A DNA stretch of 64,000 nt from contig OZ024742.1 of NCBI GenBank assembly GCA_964016885.1, positions 97,526,001-97,590,000 on the forward strand, in the 5' to 3' direction. Made by a program: the position numbers and the translations under genes. The notes below the pieces were generated by a model. That model made no database searches. It had not been told where the DNA came from and was given only the letters and a program-made list of their open reading frames with translations. Positions 51,078 through 64,000 of the stretch are shown in pieces. The stretch comes from Eledone cirrhosa. Lineage: Eukaryota. Numbering within the stretch: the first letter of the stretch is position 1; each line of letters begins with the position of its first letter.

Positions 51078-51658
51078 CAGAATTAGAATTTAGCTTCATG
51101 CATAGCTGTATACAGATATGTATTGGAATTTCCTATTTCTTTAGAAATCTGGTATGTTTATAGAAAAACATTTAGAAAGCCATAGCTATACAAAACACTG
51201 GGGCTATCGTCCTCTGGTGGTGTCCAGCAGAACCAAGGGGGACAATCGTCGATGTATTTTGAACTTAATTGGTCCTCATTAGCATGATCCCTCCCACTCT
51301 TGCGACTGCTGGACATGAAAACAGGTGAGGATATATGGTTTTCTCGTTTGTGTAAATGAGGTGATTAATCTCATTTGCATATGAAGCTGCATAAGTTGGC
51401 TCAACTTATAATAGAATAGAATTAGGATTTAGCTTCATGCATAGCTGTATACAGATACGTATTGGAATTTGATATTACTAAAGAAATAGGGTTGTTTATA
51501 GATAAACATTTAAAAAGCCATAGCTATGCAAAACACTGTGGCTATCGCCCTCTGGTAGTGTCCAGCAGAACCAAGGGGGACAATCGTCGATGCATTTTGA
51601 ACTTGACTGGTCCTCATCAGGACGATCCCACCCATTCTTGTGACTGCTGGACTTGAAA
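51078..51658 (-). repeat. Retrozyme-like direct repeat (period 338 nt) with hammerhead motifs
   Basis: 51078-51318 repeated at 51417-51657; minus strand GATCGTC CTGATGA GGAC CAGTCAA GTTC AAAAT GC ATC GACGATT at 51582-51627. Confidence 0.72.
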
Positions 51659-52049
51659 CGTGTGTGCTCTTCCATGATGTAACTGGAGATCCCTTCATCA
51701 GCAGGCTTGTCCCTTGTATCAAAAGTTTGATCAGACAACAGAGGCATTTAAGCCATAGTAGTTATGTTGCCTGTGTTGTCACATGACTTATTTCAAAAGA
51801 GGAAGGTTATGCTGAGATTTTCCCACCTCAATACAAAAGCTCTCAACTAGCGTGTTTAGCAAAGAATAACTGAACTGTTATTGACAGTATATATGAGACT
51901 AGGAGAATAATATCATATTAGGTATGAATCGAAGTTGTAGCTACCATATAGCAGGTACGAGTTGTTTGAGGCAATCACAAAGCACTTGATAGAGCGGTAT
52001 GTTAATACATTACCGTTCTGAGTAGACATACACATACATATATAAATAT

Positions 52050-52550
52050 ATCTCTATATAGGGCAGGTAAAATTCCCGAGATCCATAGATGAGTTCTCTC
52101 CAGCAATCTCTGTACTTCATCATCACCGCCATGTCCTGCGTCTGCAAGAGACCAGTGTCTGTCCTTAGGGAATCAATATATGTCAACCTCAGTTTCCCTC
52201 TTCTAGTGTGTCCATCTAGGGGCTCCCACAGGAGCACTGAGCATAGTGTCAACTCTGAATGTCGGTGCGCATGTCCAGCTAACCTCCGTCTCCTCTGTGT
52301 TACTTTGGAGCTGACTTTTGAGATCGGTGTGCAAGTCGGCCCTTCAGAGAGACCTGAAGGTCCATCTCTTCATTGCTACAGTAGAGTATGTGCTACTGTA
52401 TGGGTCTGAGACTTGGACACTGACCAAGAAACTCACTCAGATGGTGGATGGGTGCTACACAAGAATGCTGAGGATGGCTCTGAACATCAATCAGTATACA
52501 CTAAGGATGAAGAACTGTATGGGAGCCTCCCAAAAGTCAGCTCAAAAGTA
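52050..52550 (-). mobile_element. RTE-like LINE 3' end with 5' inversion
   Basis: Minus 52050-52320 (RRLAGHAHRH..LLWEP..RRG) and plus 52321-52550 (VLLYGSETWTLT..CYTRMLR) are consecutive parts of one ORF. Confidence 0.82.
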
Positions 52551-53081
52551 TATCTATATATATATCTATATCTATCTATCTATCTATATATATATAGATA
52601 TAAAATGTAACAATAGATTAAAATAGAATTATTGCAGTCATATTACACCTTAAATAGCTCAAATGTTATATATAGGGTAACACTTATAATCTGTAGAGCT
52701 TCATGTTTTCAAAAATTATATTTGGTATACAAGTTTACCATAGATTAAAAGTAAGTATTGCAAGCGAAAACCATTTAAAAATAAAATTATAATTACAGCT
52801 AGAAATTTGTGCTTATACCACTGCTTCATTCCAACAAAAACAAAAGAGATATTAATTAAGATAATTAATTAATAAATTAAGATGCCGTAAACTCATCAGT
52901 AAACATGTCTTAAATCATACCTTATAGATTTGACAAGAAAATTCAAGTGAAATATATATATACAAACACAGGAAAATAAGTTTTTTTAACACAAGAATAT
53001 AAAATATATTCATGGACATGTAGGTAAGTCATATCTCTTTTTTATATACACTATTTACAGCATGAATTGAGGTTTTGTAAA

Positions 53082-54047
53082 TCATCATCATCATCCTCAT
53101 TTAACGTCCATTTTCCACGCTAGCATGGGTTAGACGGGAGTTGTCCCACTTGAGGCAAGGTTGGTCGGGTGACCATGTCTCGCTCATATAGGACTATCTG
53201 GCAGGTTTTCTATGGCTGGATGCCCTTCCTAACACCAACCACACTTACAGTGTGGAACTGGGAACTTTTTACCGTGTTACCTACACGGCCACATTACAGC
53301 ATGGACTGTATGTTTTTTTCTCGTGACACCTACACAATCTTGATCTCGATCTCATTTATTTGGACTGGATGTTGTGGTACCAACTTTATAGAGAGAGGGT
53401 GGTGTTGGTGGGAGGATAGGATAGGGTAGTGGATTGAGGTGTATATTTGGTTAAGAGGTGCCTATGGCTGTAGGTTTCGCTTTGTACATAGGCAAGGCGG
53501 GTCTTTTGTATTACTGCGTAGCACCAAAGATCTTGGTCCAGAGACATTGTCTTAGAGAGGTGCAAGTGTGTAAGGTCGGAATATATCAGATTGTCCCAGG
53601 TTTTTCTGGGTCTACCTACTCCGTAACTACCATCAATTTTGATCGCCCTGCACTTTTTTATACAGCTGTCGTCTTTCATGCGCATCACGTGGCCATACCA
53701 ACGTAGTCTTCTCTCGAGTAAACAGCATCTGATCCCTCTTATTCCTAATTTCTCACTTAGTTCATTTATGCTTTGCCGTTCACGTATATTACTATTACAC
53801 ATCCAACGGAGCATGCATGCTTCGCTCCTTTCCAGTCTACGCAGGTCCTCTGCACACAATGCCCATGTCTCATTGCCATGTAGGATTGCTGTTCGTATAG
53901 AAGTATCATACAATCTGCCTTTCATTTTTAGAGAGAAACTTTTTGTAGCCAACAGCGGTATAAGCTCTCTGAACTTTTTCCATCCCGTTCTGACTCTGGC
54001 TACTGTACTTTCAGAACACCCTCCACCACTGCTGATTTCGTCACCCA
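53082..54047 (-). mobile_element. RTE-clade LINE, 5'-truncated, related subfamily
   Basis: ORF 53386-54180 is homologous to 61010-61639; (GAT)n tail at about 53085. Confidence 0.92.
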
Positions 54048-55271
54048 TGCATTTTTGTATAGAAAGGTGTAGTATATACAAGAGTACATAGGTATATATA
54101 TTATTGACATACAATGTTAGTCTTGTTGTATACTTTGTAAAGTATTTGGCATTAGGAAAGCATCCAACCATAGAAACCATGTCAAAAACGTGCTCTTACC
54201 CTTTTTGTCTCAGATAGGGATAGACCTCTTACCAGCATGGGAAATGGACATAAAATATTGACTATAATGATTTTTAGCATAGCTGATTTTAATCAAAATA
54301 TACTAAATATATGACAACTCCCTAAGGTTTTGAGTATGGATGGTTCCATAACTCTTTGTGGAAATGTAGGGGCATAGTATCATAGAGTGTTTCTTGGGCA
54401 TTTTACACCTGGTAGAACTCCTACCCTCTCTATGTCTGAACACAGTCAATTTCTTCCCGAGAAGGAAAGAGAAAGAGAGAGTGATAGAAAGAAAGTGAGA
54501 AATGATAGATATAGAGGAAGAATTGACCGAATGCCAAACTGGTACATTTTTATTGAAATTAAAAGGCTGAATGGCAAACTAGACCTCATTGAAATTTGAA
54601 GTGCAGAGGGCTGAAATAAACATCGTAAAGCATTTCTTTGGCTCAATCAATTGGCTGTATATAGACAACTAATATATTAATTCACTGACTGAATTTAGAC
54701 AGACATTTACAAGAGACAAACAATCTTCCTGAAAGAGACACTATCTTTCTAGATTATAGATTATGTATTATATCTATGAAAAAACAAAACAATTTTAATA
54801 CAGCTTGAAGAGGAAAATTGTGTTTTTCTATGAAGGAAAAAAATGTGAATTAATTGTAACCACAATATTTAGCCATGTAATCAAGTGATGCCAATAAATG
54901 GTACATCATGATGTGTTCTTGGAAAAAATATGTTAGATATTTTTAACTTGACACTTTAAACATCAATTTGCATGAAACTCAGTCAATTAAAGTGTTCAAA
55001 TTTAAATTCAAACCCTGGACAGAAATTTCATTATGTGAGAGAAAATATTACATTTCTGTAGATAAATATTTACCATATACAAACATAAGAGTATTATTAA
55101 AATAACTTTTTCACCTTCATATATGAAAGTAATTCACTAGAGATAGCTGTCTTAGTGTGAAATCTAAGATATTACAATGCAATTGACAAGAAAAAAAATG
55201 TTTGTAGGGGAATACAAATAATATTACACATTTCAAGTACCACCAAAGTTATCTAAAATACAAAGTGGAAA

Positions 55272-55463
55272 TAATTGTTTCTACTTTTGGCACAAGGCCA
55301 GCAATTACCCAGTGTATTACTGGTACTTTATTTTATCGACCCTGTAAGGATGAAAGGTAAAGTTAACCTCGGCGGGATTTGAACTCAGAATGGCAAGGGC
55401 CGTAACTCAATGCGTCAAAGCATGGCGTCCGACCCTCTACCGATACTGCCAATCCACCGCCCT
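55272..55463 (-). mobile_element. tRNA-derived SINE, main family
   Basis: Complete copy. Confidence 0.9.
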
Positions 55464-55641
55464 CAAATACAAAGTGCAAATAATGATTGAGTGAAAGCCA
55501 TTTGAAAGCCACCATTTTTCAGAGTGGATAGACAAATATTGACATTGACAACCACGGGTGGACACACTTTGAAATGGACAGTTATGGGTAGATAGGCATT
55601 CAAAAAGTCAGCCATGGACGAGCAAATATTTACATGGACAG

Positions 55642-55802
55642 CTATGGGTGGACAGATACACATTGACATGGACAACTATGGGTAGACAAACATTGATATG
55701 GACCACTGTGGATGGACAAACATTGATATGGACCACTGTGGGTGGACAGACAAACATTTACAGGTTCCTTCCGTTTTATAACACGTTTTTTCCATCTTTT
55801 TC
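55642..55802 (-). CDS. Candidate host exon running into a 30-bp tandem repeat
   Basis: Strong acceptor tttctctttttttaactctgcag; frame compatible with the exon at 57325-57455; reads GKRWKKRVIKRKEPVNVCLSTHSGPYQC... Confidence 0.3.
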
Positions 55803-57100
55803 CTGCAGAGTTAAAAAAAGAGAAATCTCGTCCTTAGTAGAATGAAATGTAATATAAAACATAAAACAAAGAAAAGCCATTATTAACCCTTTAAACACAA
55901 ACCTGACTAAAACTGCCTCCATTAAAGTGTTGAAATTTAAATTGAAACCTTGAACTGAAATTTCATTATTACATGACAAATGATATTAAATTTCAGTAGT
56001 TAAATATTTGTCTTTTATTACTAATTTGAAAGTTAGTCATAATTCCTGATTACTTTGATGGTTAAAATACAAAGGCAACATAATCTTGTTAGAAATATAG
56101 TAATAACTATGTTGATGTTAGCAGAATAAATAACATAAAGAGTGCTAAGCCAATGCTGGAATCTCTTTCTGGTCATTCAAAACACTAAAAATCCATGCTA
56201 GATATTTTGTCATATCTTTCAACATCATCATCGTGTTAGCTGCAATCTTTGCATGCTGGGTGTGGCAGTGTTTTACATCCAGATGAACTTTCACACAATT
56301 TAGTCATTGTTTATGACATGCATGTTGATAGCATACTGATTGTAAAAACCATGAAAGGATACATCGAGAACTATACTAAGAAAAATATGAGGTCATGTTG
56401 TATATGGGTGGTGTTGTATTTAGTGGTGATTCAGCAGAGTATGTTTTTTGTCAGTTGTGTTATTTCATTTGAGGATTTTTGCATAGTTTATGTGTTGTGA
56501 GATATTATTGGGTGGCTATTGTGTAGATGTACTATGTTAATTGTTTAGAGTATGGTGTTGTGTGAGTTGTGATATTTTATGGAGGTTATTGTATAGATTA
56601 TGTGTTGTGTGAGGTATTTTATTGGGTGGTTATTAATTACAGCAAGAGTTGTGTGAGTTGTGTTATTTTATTTGGTGGTGATTGTATAGATTATGTGTTG
56701 TGTGGATTGTGGTGTAGTATTGGGCCGTTATTGTAGAGATTATGTGATGTGTAAATTCTGCAGAAAATAAAATGTGGTATGTGCATCAAATTTAAAGATG
56801 GGATATGAGCTGTGCTTAGCAAGGCTAAATGTTATAAGGGGCTGAAAAAAATGAGAGTTTTCTTGTTTTTTTCCCCACATTCATCATATTCATACCAAAA
56901 GCTGGAACAACAAAAACAATATAAAAATATAATTTGAGGTATCAAAATAGAAATAAAAAAGATATTGAGATTAAAAGATTGCATTTAGTTAAACTATGGT
57001 ACACAATTCAACACGTAATCGAAATTGTAGCATAATAATTTTTATGAACTATACTAACATGAGAGAGAAGCCTGGTAGTAACTGTAATAAACCCAATACT

Positions 57101-57283
57101 TACAAGGGTTGGCTGAAAAGATCATAGGCTGACTAAGATACTCTCATGGAATTACCAAATGAGGTTTATTTTTCAACATAGTTCCCAGAGAGAAAGAATG
57201 CAATTATTAAAGGGAAAAGTTGAAATTAATGCAGGCAAAAATTCACAGCTTTAGCATCACTCTTTCATAGTCAGCCTATCTTT
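57101..57283. mobile_element. Tc1/mariner-type MITE
   Basis: tacaagggttggctgaaaagatcataggctgac; same family as 28870-29068. Confidence 0.7.
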
Positions 57284-57324
57284 GTAGATATGAGTGAGTG
57301 TATTCATCTATGTGCAAGACATAC

Positions 57325-57455
57325 CAGTAACAGCAACACCATTGATAGTGTGCATGGAAGGATGTCTAAACTGGAAATTTTGGCCTAAACAGTCAGCATT
57401 TGATCTTCTGGTGGATTGTGAAACAGGTTTAATGTTACACTTTAAACAGCCATAA
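57325..57455 (-). CDS. Candidate 131-bp internal host exon
   Basis: Acceptor tccttctatag, donor G/gtatgt, open frame YGCLKCNIKPVSQSTRRSNADCLGQNFQFRHPSMHTINGVAVT in unique sequence. Confidence 0.35.
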
Positions 57456-58786
57456 CTATAGAAGGATATCAAAGACATAAACAAAATGTTTAACAGTGAA
57501 ACGATGTTATGGGAGTCTATAAATATATGTATCAAAATAGAAATAAGAAAGAATACTCAGCAGTTATTTTATCGCTCTACTAATTCTGCCATCTAATAAT
57601 TTGTTCATTATTAAAAGATTAAAATAGAATGAAAAAAGAAAAATGTGGCATAAAAATACAAATCAGACAAACAGAAATATTAAAATGAGTATATTGATTT
57701 TAAAAATTTACAAAATTAAAAACAATGATGATGATCATGTTGATGATTAGAATTATTAAGGTGATGGTGCTATTGCTGGTCATGATGAAGGTTGTGGTGG
57801 TGGATGTGATAATGGGATTTCTGGTTGTGGTTGTGGAGTTTGTGGTGTTGGTGGTTGTGATGTTGGTAGTGGTGTTGGTGATTGTGATGATGGTATATGA
57901 TAATGATGATGATGGTGATGACGGGAGATTGTGGTGGTGATGATATATGATAATGATGATGGTGTTGGAAGTGGAGATGGTGAGAAAGAGGACTATATGT
58001 AATGTTTGCATTAGATATACATTAAACTGATCAACGAGGCAAGTAAATTTGACTAAGTGATGCCATGGTATTGGTTTAGTGCCAGTGACTCTTGGGGGAG
58101 TTCAGCTCCACTGCAGTTGACAGTGTGATGTATATCTATAACATACATCAGCAGGGATATATATGTATGCATGCGTATGTTTGTTTGAATTTGTGTATCT
58201 ATGTGGGCATGTGTTTGCTTGTCTAGTGTATCTAACATACATCAACGGGGACATATATGTATGTATATATCTAAGTGTACATGGGTGAGAATACATGTGA
58301 CTGTGTGCATATGTAAGTGCTTGTGAATGTGTGCATGTGTATGAGTGTGTGTACATGTGTGTGAGTGTATGTGTGTGTGCATATGTGTATGTAAGTGTAC
58401 AAGTGCGTGTTTGCAAACATTTGTACGTGGATTTAAAGAGTAAACCCTCATGCAGATTAATATATATATATATATATATATATATGAACTAATGTTGGTA
58501 AACCTAATTTGTCATCCAATGTAATACCACTGCCATATGGCTCTTGGATACCACTCTGTTGCAAAAATTCATATCAGGTCTTTAGCTTGAGGATAGCTTT
58601 TTCCCTAAAAGTGGCATAAAACATCTAATTTCATGTTGTTCCACTTAACTCAACTGAAAATAAATACCATCAATAGCGGGGGGTTAAAACTCTGATGTAC
58701 TGGCATCCATTCCCAGGAAAATTCTTGCATACATGGCAGCGATAATGAGGGACAGGGACCGCTAGAGATAACTCGTCCATGGATAG

Positions 58787-58829
<43 letters not shown>

Positions 58830-58911
58830 CATATATATATACATATATATACGGAGGAAATTGTAGTTTACTTGAAGCATTGTATAGTTAGGTATACACG
58901 TTTGGAGTTAG

Positions 58912-59288
58912 GAGTGTCTTTTGGTTAGCTGTCCGCGTAGAGAAAGTCCTGAGTGGGCTAGCTGGATATCTATATATATACATATATATATATGTATATA
59001 TATACATATATATATATGTATATATATATATACAGTTGGCTATACTGCAGTGGCTGTCATGTCTGGTGGAGTGTTTTTTGGTTAGCTGTCCGCGTAGAGA
59101 AAGTCCTGAATGGGCTAGCTGGATATATATACATATATATATATATATATGTATATATGTATATATATACATATATATATATGTATATATATATATATAT
59201 GCAGTTGGCTAGCCTGCAGTGGCTGTCATGTCTGGTGGAGTGTCTTTTGGTTAGCTGTCCACGTAGAGAAGGTCCTGAGTGGGCTAGC
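58912..59288. repeat. Three tandem copies of an 85-bp unit separated by (TA)n/(TATG)n tracts
   Basis: ggagtgtcttttggttagctgtccgcgtagagaaagtcctgagtgggctagc at about 58912, 59068 and 59238. Confidence 0.85.
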
Positions 59289-59289
59289 C

Positions 59290-59887
59290 CCTATCTAGTC
59301 CCTCTCGTCTCATAGCTCTGCGGATGGTTGTTGTTGTTTCATCACTGAAGTGTGGGAGCTTCAGGAAGCATGTCTTAGTGCCTCGGGTGTGGTGTCCTCT
59401 GATGTTTCTGGTATGGTTCATGGTGGACGTCGGGTATCCGTCAGTTTAAGTACTTCCAGGAAATATGTGGTGAGTGTGTCCCGGTCACTTGCGTCGGTGC
59501 ATTTGTTCTGGATATGTTCCTTATGCATCCGAAATTAGTGCTGACTGAGAGGCCTGATCTGAAATGTATGAACAGGTCCCTGCTGGTGACTTTTTTTATG
59601 GAAGCAGGTGTAGATGTCACCTTCCTCTGTTACCCTGAGTTGGAAGTCCAATAGGGATAGGGATCCACGGTCATCAAGGTGTTCCATGCTGAACTTTATA
59701 TTGGCGTCGATGCTGGAGAATGTCATGTGTATTTTATCCGCTTCTTCATGGGATGATGTAAGGATGAGTATGTCATCTACATATCGGGTGAAGAAGGTAT
59801 AGGAATGGCAGGTGTTAAGGGCTCGGCATTCCAGCTGGTTCATATAAGTGATGGCCAGCAGGCCCGATAGCCTGGATCCCATGGGTA

Positions 59888-59888
<1 letters not shown>
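59290..59888 (-). mobile_element. Penelope-like RT fragment
   Basis: [15 protein letters not shown]...FTRYVDDIL...IKFSMEH..SLSLLDF. Confidence 0.88.
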
Positions 59889-59937
<49 letters not shown>

Positions 59938-59948
59938 CATATACACGT

Positions 59949-59980
<32 letters not shown>

Positions 59981-60082
59981 ATATATACACATACACATAT
60001 ATATATACATATATATACATATATATACATATACACATATATAAATATATACATATACACATATATATATACATATATATAC

Positions 60083-60118
<36 letters not shown>

Positions 60119-60132
60119 GCATATATATATAC

Positions 60133-62039
60133 ATGGGGTTGTTCCGAAGGATTGGCATAGCAGCATCATCGTTAACTGTTATAAGGGTAAAGGAGACGCC
60201 CTAGATAGGAGTAACTATAGAGGCATTAAATTAATCGACCAGGTCATGAAGGTCACGGAAATAGTAATAGCGCAACTAATCAGAGAGAGAATTGACCTAG
60301 ATGAAATGCAGTTCGGGTTTGTGTCAGGCAAAAGTACCACAGACGCTCTTTTCATTGTACGACAACTACAGGAGAAGTACCTAGCTAAAGGTAAACCCCT
60401 CTACTTAGCTTTTGTCAACTTGGAGAAAGCCTTCGACAGAGTCCCCCGCTCCATTATCTGGTGGGCTCTTAGAAAACTAGGCGTTGACGAATGGCTTGTG
60501 AGAGCTATACAAGCCATGTATAAAGAAACAGTCAGCAAGGTTAGATTTAACAACGAATATAGTGAAGAGTTTAGCGTAAAAGTTGGCGTGCATCAGGGCT
60601 CTGTTCTCAGCCCCCTACTATTTATTATTGCCCTTCAGGCTATAACAGAGGAGTTCAAGACCGGCTGCCCATGGGAACTCCTATACGCAGACGACCTGAC
60701 ACTCATAGCGGAATCAATGGCCGAGCTAGAGAAGAAATTCCAAACATGGAAGCACGGCCTAGAATCAAAAGGCCTTAAAATTAACCTGGCTAAGACTAAA
60801 GTTCTAGTTTGTAGGAAAGAAAATAAGGCGGCGGTCCCTTCTGGGAAATGGTCATGCTTGGTGTGTAGGAAAGGCGTAGGTAGAAACTCCATTTTATGTC
60901 CTAAATGCAAAGTATGGGTGCATAAAAGATGTAGTGGGATCACAGGTAAGCTAACTAAGAACATAGATTTTACATGTGGCCGGTGCTCTGGTGCAATAAG
61001 TAGCAGCAAGTGCCCACAAATACTAGCTCTTTCAATTGCGCAGAGGGTTCTATAGAAATAGTGGACAGTTTCCGTTACCTGGGTGATAAAATCAGCAGTG
61101 GGGGAGGGTGCTCTGAAAGTACAGTAGCTAGAGTCAGAACTGGTTGGAAAAAGTTCAGAGAGCTTATACCACTACTAGCTGCTAAAGGGTTCTCCCTAAA
61201 AATGAAAGGCAGGTTGTACGATGCCTGCATACGAACAGCAATGTTGCATGGCAGTGAGACCTGGGCATTGTGTGCAGAGGATATACGCAGACTAGAGAGG
61301 AACGAAGCTTGCATGCTCCGCTGGATGTGTAACAGTAATATACGTGAACGGCAAAGCATAAACGAACTAAGGAAAAAATTAGAAATAAGAGGGATCAGAT
61401 GTTGTTTACTCGAGAGAAGGCTACGTTGGTATGGACACGTGATGCGCATGAAAGTCGATAGCTGTATAACAAAGTGCAGGGCAATAAAGATAGACGGTAG
61501 CCACGGAATAGGCAGACCTAGAAAAACCTGGGACGAGCTGATAAACTCCGACCTCACACACTTACACCTCTCCAAGACAATGTCACTGGACCGAGACCTT
61601 TGGCGGTACTCAGTAACAGAGAAGACCCGCCTTACCTAAATACATAGTAAAACCTACTACAGCCAGTAGGCATCTCTAACAAAATAACCCCCCCCCCCCG
61701 TCCCACCACCCCCACCCCATCCACACCACCCCGTTCTATGTAAAGTTATGTTGGTGCCACACCATCCAGGCCGAAACAAATGAGATCGTGTAGGTGTCAC
61801 GACAAAAAAACACACAGTCCACGCTGTAATGTGGCCATGTAGGCAACACGGTAAAAACCTCCCAGACCCACACTGTAAATGTGGTTGGTGTTAGGAAGGG
61901 CATCCAACTGTAGAAAACCTGCCAGACAGTCCTATGCGAGCAAGACAATCACTCTTGCCTCAAGTGGGACTACCCCCGTCCAAACCCATGCAAGCGTGGA
62001 ACACGGACGTTAAACGTTGATGATGATGATGATGATGAT
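60133..62039 (+). mobile_element. RTE-clade LINE, young, 5'-truncated, one frameshift near 61010-61055
   Basis: NYRGIKL, QFGF, EKAFDRV, GVHQGSVLSP, YADDL, Cys-rich PHD-like insert (CLVC..CPKCKVWVHKRC..CGRC), RTE C-terminus, (GAT)n tail. Confidence 0.95.
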
Positions 62040-62149
62040 ACACATATATATACATATATATATATATACATATACACATATATATATATATATACATATA
62101 TATACGTATATATATATATACATATATATATACATACATATACACACAC

Positions 62150-62183
<34 letters not shown>

Positions 62184-62220
62184 ATATACATATACACATA
62201 TATATATATATATATACATA

Positions 62221-62760
62221 TATTGTTATAAATTTGGGAGGGTCATGTTGCCATTAAGAAACACACGCACCAGTTGCTTTCACTTCAATTTATTATAATA
62301 AATTTATAAATTTAAGAATTTATAAATTTCCGGTTGGTTGGTTGGTTCCACAACCAGATGATTGTTCATATATTGTCAAAGTTCTCTCGTCGCACATTGT
62401 GTGACCTCTTCAGTGACTGGGGATTCTTTTCTTTGATTTTGTGCCTTTCCTTTGTTCTGTCCTACGCCATCTTGTTTTGAAAACAAGATGGCGTAGGACA
62501 GAACAAAGGAGAGGCACAAATACAAAGAAAAGAATCCCCAGTCACTGAAGAGGTCACAGAATGTGTGACGAAAGAACTTTGACAATATATGAACAATCAT
62601 CTGGTTGTGGAACCAACCAACCGGAAATTTATAAATTCATTATAATAAATTTAAGTGAAAGCAACTGGTGCGTGTGTTACTTCGGAAATTTATAAATTCA
62701 TTATAATAAATTTAAGTGAAAGCAACTGGTGCGTGTGTTACTTATTGGCAACATGACCCT
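62221..62760. repeat. Palindrome of two PLE 3' ends (family of 39702-41868), HHR in each arm
   Basis: Centre ccatcttgtttt g aaaacaagatgg at about 62480; plus-strand HHR at 62541-62583; 61-bp tandem duplication in the right arm. Confidence 0.9.
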
Positions 62761-64000
62761 TAGTTCTCTGCAGAATACGCTATCGAGATACGATCTGGAT
62801 GACCCAATGCGGTCCACATTGGCACATTCGGGTGATCCAGTCGATACCTGTCAGACAGTTCAAAACGTCTGAGCAGGTTGGTGAAGCTCTCGCACCCTCC
62901 TCCCCTATCCACTAGCCCCACATGATCCCAGCGTGCATCTAAGATACCGTTCCAGTCGCCCACTAACACTAAAGAGCGGGACATTCCAAGAAAGGTCTCT
63001 AGACGTCTGAAGAAATCTGGCCGCCCTGCCCCTGTTGGGGCATAGACGGCTACTAGCCTGAAAGCATTGCCTTTGCTGCCGGTCACGGCCAGCACCACCG
63101 ACTTACCTTCTGGGTTCAGGAAGATGGCCCATATCGCGAGATCCAAGCCTCTCCGAAAAAGGACGGCAACTCCTCCCCCCAATCCTGGACGGCTGGGAGA
63201 TGGGTATACATCGTAGCCACCGAAGATCGATGTGAAGGCCCGTGCCTCGGAGATTTTGGTTTCACTGATGGCCACCACATCTATGTATAGTGACCTGAGG
63301 TCATTGAGCAGGTGACCCTGCTTCCAAGATGACCCCAGGCCACGTGCATTTATACTGCCTATTCTGGTGATGGTGGTGGTGTTGCTTCAAGTTTCCTTGC
63401 TGCCTTTACGCCTCTTTGTATACCTTCGCTTTTGGAGAATGAATCTAAGGGTTTTTTTGTTTTTGTGACAGACCGTTTCCTACTTCACTCCCGCCTCAAA
63501 CTCCATGTCGGATTCTGTGGCGTCTGGGAGGGGTATGTGCTCCACGACTGTTGGTGGTGGTAGTGGAGCCCTCTTCGGGCACGTCGGGTGGGACCTGGGT
63601 CACTTTGACCCTCACAATTTTCTGCCCGCAGTAGGAGGGCACCAAGACTATCTCCTCACTCTTCAGGGTTTCCAAAGAGTGAGACTTTGCTTCCTGGGGG
63701 GTGGCGAAAAGTACGTCTACTGTGGAGTACTCTCTGCCTCGGGTGATGTGGGTTTTGCGTGCCCAGACGCCCCCAATGCCTTTTGGATTTGAACCTCCGT
63801 GGCTCTCTCCACTCGATGTGAGATTTTGCTTACGGTGCAGTAAGTCACCGTCCATAGCTGCTGGTCCTTGAAAAAATCAGGTGGAGGTTTCAGGGAAACT
63901 CTATTTGCGCTTCTTGTCACCATGGCCCTTGCGACTGCCATCTCCTCCTCTGTGACTAACACTGTCTCGATATTTCGGGCGACACCTGCAAAAGAGTGGT
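62761..64000 (-). mobile_element. Second young Tx1 copy (ORF1 remnant + APE endonuclease), 3' part lost
   Basis: VAISETK, GGGVAVLF, LVAVYAP, LVGDWNG; ORF1 RVERATEVQIQKAL. Confidence 0.9.

Overview
This is eukaryotic, very AT-rich DNA made almost entirely of nested transposable elements separated by (TA)n microsatellites. It is most likely from an octopod cephalopod, judged by the SINE families and the RTE LINEs with (GAT)n tails. No intact host gene is evident; there are only two low-confidence, frame-compatible minus-strand exon candidates near 55.6-57.5 kb. Recognisable elements are three Tx1/L1-type LINEs, several RTE LINEs, at least five Penelope-like element (PLE) coding fragments, Helitron termini, mariner and hAT remnants/MITEs, and many tRNA-derived SINEs. 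A hAT-type element of about 10.8 kb with a perfect 8-bp TSD splits an old Tx1 and contains a pile of younger insertions. The most striking signal is about 20 type I hammerhead ribozyme (HHR) motifs from about 12 unrelated repeat families. They include three retrozyme-like tandem repeats (periods 468, 323 and 338 nt), two families with the U3-A8 core variant, and recurrent U.U or C.A mismatches at the base of stem II. Most sit in long palindromes in which both element 3' ends point outward. All structures were read by eye, coordinates are approximate to a few bases, and ribozyme activity is predicted, not shown.
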